Source: Myxococcota bacterium
Lineage (GTDB): Bacteria > Myxococcota > XYA12-FULL-58-9 > JABJBS01
Assembly: GCA_036339465.1 (NCBI GenBank)
Contig: JAYZAY010000045.1
Location: 1 to 11,497 of the forward strand
DNA: 11,497 bases
Reading direction: 5' to 3'
Shown: one piece after another, positions 7,621-11,497 of the stretch
Layout: each line of letters opens with the position of its first letter
Position numbering within the stretch: the stretch's first letter is position 1
Notes under the pieces: generated by a model
Database searches by the model: none
What the model was told of the DNA's origin: nothing
What the model saw: only the letters and a program-made list of their open reading frames with translations
Position numbers and translations under genes: made by a program

Positions 7621-9177
7621 TTAGTCCGTTTCGCCCATGAGTATAGCGATAAACGCCTCTTCAGATTCTCCACCCATGCGTTGAATCAACGCTTCTTCCA
7701 CAACACTTCTTACAATAGCCTCTTGAATAACTTTTTTGCGATTGCTCGTAAATTCAGGAGAGAGTCGAGCTCTTTCAGCGGCTTCTTTAGAGAGCTTTTC
7801 GTATTCGAAGCCTGACAATGTTTCCTTGGCTTCGGTTAATCTTTGCTCATGATAGAGAGCGTAAGCATCCTCTGCTTCTTGGCGGCTAATTTTCTTGGGT
7901 TTCTTCTTCCGCTGATTGATTTCTGCGCGGGCAGCAGACTCGAAAGCGGCCAAGTAACAAAACGACGTAATTTGAGCCTTGGTTTTGTGCTTTGTGGCGT
8001 GTTCCACAGCAATGGGAATCATTTCAAAAGGTCGTTCGGGCCCATGTCGGGTAAGCCACTCGCCTGCGAGGTGGTGTTCTTTTTTACTCACACGGATTCC
8101 GTCGAGGTCATCGGTCAAAAACGTCCAAAAATGCTTCACAAGCTCTGTCGCCTTATCTTCTTCAACAATCTCCACACGTCTTTCTGCCTTAGGGAGGCGC
8201 TCAAACACCAGGCGATAATCATTAAATGACTTATCCACTGTCATTCGCACACAGAGCCCGCGATCTTGAAGCCTCTTCAAAGAATCTTCGAGCTGACTGG
8301 TTACATAACTACTGGCGGTTTTCCCTCCTGCCGACAATTTCTTCGAAGACATCAGCATCTTGTATTTTGCAAACTTCTGACTGCTTTGAACCACCTGTTG
8401 TTTTTTTGTTGCCAATTGCCGGTCGAGCCAACGATAAAACCTCAAATCCAATGCGCGGTCGATGGTCATGAGAAACCGGACATTTAAAGACTTCGTGTAT
8501 TTGTCCACAACGGATTTATAAACCTGAGAACCCCATTTCAGCTTCACAATCTTGCCGCGGGGGCCATCGATAAACTGTACATAGTCAATAATTGACGCAT
8601 TCATCTCAGTTTGTTGCCCATACTCTTTGTCATACCACCGATTCGATACGATGCGGGTTGTTGCAATGGAATGGAGTTCCTCAACGACTCTGCTTAAACT
8701 CCGAGCGTTGGCTTTGGATTTGCGATGGGGATACATATATTTTTCTACAAGATGTCTCAAAGAGAACTCGAGTTCTTGGGGTAGGCCGTGCTCGTTGGAA
8801 AGCCAAAGAAGGCCCAAAACCACACGTTCAGCGAGAGCTGAGGGAAGTCTTTCACCCTCACCTGCTACGAGGCGTTCATGACCATCTTCATTCAGATAAA
8901 TCGAAGTTGGAACAGCGTAATCACGATCGGGGTGATTTTGTTTACGAGCATCGTGTCGGCCATCGGTTAGGAGCGAAAAGGGTAATTCCACCAGATTCAT
9001 CGAATCGATCGCTGATCGTTGGCGGGCTCTGAGAAATTCGAAAGCGAGTTGATTCTCATCGATAATTGAAGCATCGATGATTTCGGAATCAATGAGATGG
9101 GTTTGCTTGTTCATCATTTCTAAGTAAGATCTTCTTTTTTTAGTATTTATATCTTTAGTTCCAATAAGGTTCAACAA
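7621..9177 (-). CDS. repA: Plasmid/chromid replication initiator protein (RepA/TrfA-like winged-helix initiator)
   Basis: 518-aa ORF with DSMNLVELPFSLL, LPSALAERVVLGLLWLS, FSLRHLV and RFYRWLDRQL segments resembling the D.MNLAEFP...LPTA.D..V..GL...R.YR.LDK pattern of replication initiator A-type proteins (recognised by eye). It sits next to iteron-like repeats and a parA operon. Start uncertain (TTG 9177 or ATG 9117/9114). Confidence 0.75.
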   Translation of the reverse strand: MLNLIGTKDINTKKRRSYLEMMNKQTHLIDSEIIDASIIDENQLAFEFLRARQRSAIDSMNLVELPFSLLTDGRHDARKQNHPDRDYAVPTSIYLNEDGHERLVAGEGERLPSALAERVVLGLLWLSNEHGLPQELEFSLRHLVEKYMYPHRKSKANARSLSRVVEELHSIATTRIVSNRWYDKEYGQQTEMNASIIDYVQFIDGPRGKIVKLKWGSQVYKSVVDKYTKSLNVRFLMTIDRALDLRFYRWLDRQLATKKQQVVQSSQKFAKYKMLMSSKKLSAGGKTASSYVTSQLEDSLKRLQDRGLCVRMTVDKSFNDYRLVFERLPKAERRVEIVEEDKATELVKHFWTFLTDDLDGIRVSKKEHHLAGEWLTRHGPERPFEMIPIAVEHATKHKTKAQITSFCYLAAFESAARAEINQRKKKPKKISRQEAEDAYALYHEQRLTEAKETLSGFEYEKLSKEAAERARLSPEFTSNRKKVIQEAIVRSVVEEALIQRMGGESEEAFIAILMGETD

Positions 9178-9204
9178 ATCCGAGTGTTTGAGCGAACTAT
9201 TCTT

Positions 9205-9760
9205 CCATTATCGGGTTAGGTTCTTTGCCATTATCGGGTTAGGTTCTTTGCCATTGTCGGGCCATGATTTTGGCGGCGATAAGGTTTTTTCCATTGTTGG
9301 GTTATGTGAACGAGAAGCGATAAGTACCGAGAAATACTCGCACAAGTTTTCTCTTTCTATTGTTGGGTTATAGATTTCTATTGTTGGGTTATAGATTTCT
9401 ATTGTTGGGTTATCATGGAGTCTCATCGCACGTTGTTCCTGAGATGCTCTTTTAATGCAAGTCTCTAAGCTACCGTATTTATTAGTGGATTTATAGATGG
9501 CAGCATTTCGCGTTCGGTTAATCAAGATTGAGGCAGCCTAACAATGGCAAAAGAGTGCACTATAAAGGATCTATTGCGTACTTTCTTTCCATTATTGGGT
9601 CATCAGACTCGGCAGTATGGAGCCCGACAATGGAAATACTATGCGGAATACTCGCTTGGAAAGCCCAACAATGGAAGTTGGTGATTTTAGGTAATGGGGC
9701 GGGGTTGTAGCCCAGCAATGGCAATCAGTGACACTGACGGCAAGGATAGCCCAATAATGG
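9205..9760. repeat. Iteron-like array / probable replication origin: 13 copies of core C(C/T)ATTR(T/C)Y(G/A)GG
   Basis: Forward cores at 9205, 9228, 9251 (23-bp period), 9291, 9357, 9378, 9399 (21-bp period) and 9589. Inverted cores at 9537, 9623, 9664, 9711 and 9750. The array begins immediately upstream of rep. Confidence 0.85.
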
Positions 9761-10017
9761 AAAAAGGTTCGAACTTCGTTAGGGGCGTAGCAAGATTTGG
9801 GGATGCCGTCGGGGCTCGAGGGGAGGTTTGAAGGCTGGCCGTGGTTTCCTCGGAGGCTTACGGTTGGTTTCTGTCTGGGGGGACGCTGGCTCCCCTACCC
9901 CACTGCTGTGGGCGTAGAAGGAAGGTTGAAGTGGAGTATGATGGGAGGTGAAAATACGGAATTCCCATTGTGCTTTAGTTAATCGCAAAGTGAAGCAGGG
10001 AGAAGCTATCTGTATGG

Positions 10018-10573
10018 GAGGGAAAAAGGGGCAGAGGCTAACCAGGGAAAATGGAAGATGGTGAAGGGGTTGCGAGGGCAACCAGCTACCCAGGTTGATG
10101 GGTGCCCCGAAGACTGGCATAGGGTGAACGGGGAGACTTGGTCCCCTCCCCTTCGTCCCAGGCGACGGGTATTCCAGGAAGCAGGTACAAGGGGCACCCA
10201 GGTGACCCATAACCCCGTCACCCACGAACCCTCTTTCCAGGGGCCCTGGAATCCCAGACTCCAAGGAAAAAAGATCACCAGGAAGCCAGGTGCCCGTGGA
10301 GCCGGCGCCCTTTTTAGCCTTTGATCCAGTTAAACATCTCCCTGCTGAGATTCTTTCCCCTATACCTGTGCTTCCAGGTAACCCGTAACCCAGGTAGCTT
10401 CGATACCATATACCCGCTTGCCCGTGTCACCCGCTCACCAGGTATCCGGCTTCCCGGTGTCCTTTGTTGCCAGGTTACTGGGTTCCGGAAAAACCAGAAA
10501 AAATGCAACAAATTTTACGGGCAATATTTTTCGCCATATAACGGGATAACGGGTGAGGCATTTTCCCCGTTAG
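10018..10573. repeat. Degenerate 8-bp-periodic array, probable partition centromere/operator (parH/parS-like)
   Basis: CCAGG at 10158, 10174, 10198, 10278, 10286, 10374, 10390, 10438 and 10470 all share one phase mod 8. 18 consecutive octamers from 10358 to 10501 all begin with C. A second block (10018-10145) is offset by 4 bp and has G at position 4 in 15/16 octamers. Confidence 0.7.
10514..10542 (+). promoter_or_regulatory. Putative sigma70 promoter of the parA operon
   Basis: TTTACG (10514-10519), 17-bp spacer, TATAAC (10537-10542), ~40 bp upstream of the ATG. Confidence 0.55.
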
Positions 10574-10581
10574 GAGGAGAT

Positions 10582-11307
10582 ATGGCTGGAATACTGGTGG
10601 CGTCGAAAAAGGGTGGAACAGGTAAGAGTACGTTGACCACTAATTTAGCGGTAATGCGGGCCATTGCCGGCAATGACGTTTGTTTGGTTGATTGCGATAC
10701 GCAGAGTACTTCTCGACAGTTTATTGGTCGAAGGGTTTCTGAATATCCAGACCGTAGAAGTCCGCACTGTGTCCAGGTTTTTGGTAATACGGCGCGTCGT
10801 GAAATCGAGGGCTTGGCAGACCGGTTCACAGATATTGTGGTTGATGTTGCAGGGCGACAAAGTATGGAAATGCTCCAGGCAATGACGGCTCGAAATATCG
10901 AGCATGTGATTATTCCGTGTCAGCCGAGCATGTACGATTTGGAGACCTTGCCCGAGCTGGCGAGCAAAATCGAAGAAGCACGGTGCTTTAATGAGCAGCT
11001 TCGAGCTACGGTGGTCATTACCCGTGCACACACCAATAAAAAGGTGAAAACAGCCAATGAGGCACGGGACTTTATCGAGGAGATTGAAGGCCTTGCCTTG
11101 TCTTCGATGAAGATATTCGAAAGGAAAGCCTATCAGGACTGTACAATTCCCGGGCTAAGCGCTTGGGAGTGGCTCCATGAGCGGCGCGCTGAACTCCCAC
11201 CCTACCGAGCGAAATCATTCTCAATGAAAGCGGCTGACGAAATGGCCGAGGTTTATCAGGTTGTTTTTGGACGTTCATTTAAACTTGAGGGAAGGGTAGC
11301 AGCATGA
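10582..11307 (+). CDS. parA: ParA family partition ATPase, short type Ib (ParF-like), 241 aa
   Basis: Deviant Walker A KGGTGKST, A' LVDCDTQ, Walker B IVVDVAG, IIPCQPS.YDL; no N-terminal HTH. AGGAGG RBS at 10572-10577 before ATG 10582. The ORF-track extension to 10321 translates the repeat array. Confidence 0.93.
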   Translation: MAGILVASKKGGTGKSTLTTNLAVMRAIAGNDVCLVDCDTQSTSRQFIGRRVSEYPDRRSPHCVQVFGNTARREIEGLADRFTDIVVDVAGRQSMEMLQAMTARNIEHVIIPCQPSMYDLETLPELASKIEEARCFNEQLRATVVITRAHTNKKVKTANEARDFIEEIEGLALSSMKIFERKAYQDCTIPGLSAWEWLHERRAELPPYRAKSFSMKAADEMAEVYQVVFGRSFKLEGRVAA

Positions 11308-11497
11308 GTAACTTTAAGGATACCATCAAAAAGCAATTTAAGGATCCAGATGAGTGGGCAGCACAGCGAGATCCCGTGGTTCGCAATCTGACCCCAGCCC
11401 CCGAAGCGGCTGGTAAGCCACCGGTCAAAAAGGTTGTTCAAGCAAAAGATGCGGTGCCCGAGTTAGCCAAAAAGAAGGTTACTTTTAATTGCCCTGC
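11304..11497 (+). CDS. Partial ParG-like centromere-binding protein (probable ribbon-helix-helix), truncated by the window end
   Basis: ATGA overlap with the parA stop; open to the window end: MSNFKDTIKKQFKDPDEWAAQRDPVVRNLTPAPEAAGKPPVKKVVQAKDAVPELAKKKVTFNCP. A flexible Pro/Ala/Lys N-terminal tail is followed by KKVTFNCP, typical of an RHH beta-strand. Confidence 0.7.
   Translation, partial: MSNFKDTIKKQFKDPDEWAAQRDPVVRNLTPAPEAAGKPPVKKVVQAKDAVPELAKKKVTFNCP

Noticed and set aside
5036..8508. DnaA-box-like 9-mers (TCATCCACA ~5036, TTATCCACT 8231, TTGTCCACA ~8501)
   Set aside because: Each has a mismatch, they are scattered, and none lies within the iteron region.
9188..9710. ORFs 9188..9373, 9208..9525 and 9528..9710
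   Set aside because: They are translations of the iteron repeats (e.g. NPTIEIY repeated) with no RBS or recognisable domain.
9537..9760. Short repeats separated by unique 30-40-bp sequences, resembling a CRISPR array
   Set aside because: Repeats are only ~11-15 bp, degenerate, in mixed orientation and irregularly spaced; they match the tandem iterons next to rep, and no cas genes are present.
10016..10047. Potential G-quadruplex (four G-tracts)
   Set aside because: The last loop is 13 nt and the G-runs are explained by the 8-bp periodic array.
9779..10581. ORFs across the GC-rich spacer and the 87-aa N-terminal extension of ParA from TTG 10321
   Set aside because: Pro/Gly/Arg-rich products of the periodic array; a strong RBS and promoter place the parA start at 10582.

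Overview
The right half of the window is a compact plasmid/chromid-type replicon. A 518-aa replication initiator (7621..9177, -) is transcribed divergently from a type Ib partition operon: ParA/ParF-like ATPase (probable start 10582) plus a translationally coupled ribbon-helix-helix-like partner that runs off the window and is missing from the ORF track. The 1.4-kb spacer between them holds two different repeat systems: 13 iteron-like copies of CCATTRTYGGG in two orientations (9205..9760), and a ~550-bp cryptic array with 8-bp periodicity (10018..10573) that runs through the parA promoter and looks like a centromere/operator. The left half is cargo and debris: a 1081-aa lipoprotein with myxobacterial Cys-rich repeats, Ig-like domains and a possible BPI/LBP-like C-terminus; a stand-alone small alarmone hydrolase-like HD protein; an IS transposase remnant broken by a 20-bp duplication; a probable frameshifted small membrane-protein gene; and several unexplained palindromes. 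Family assignments come from motif recognition by eye, not database searches. The host (Myxococcota/deltaproteobacteria-like) is an inference.
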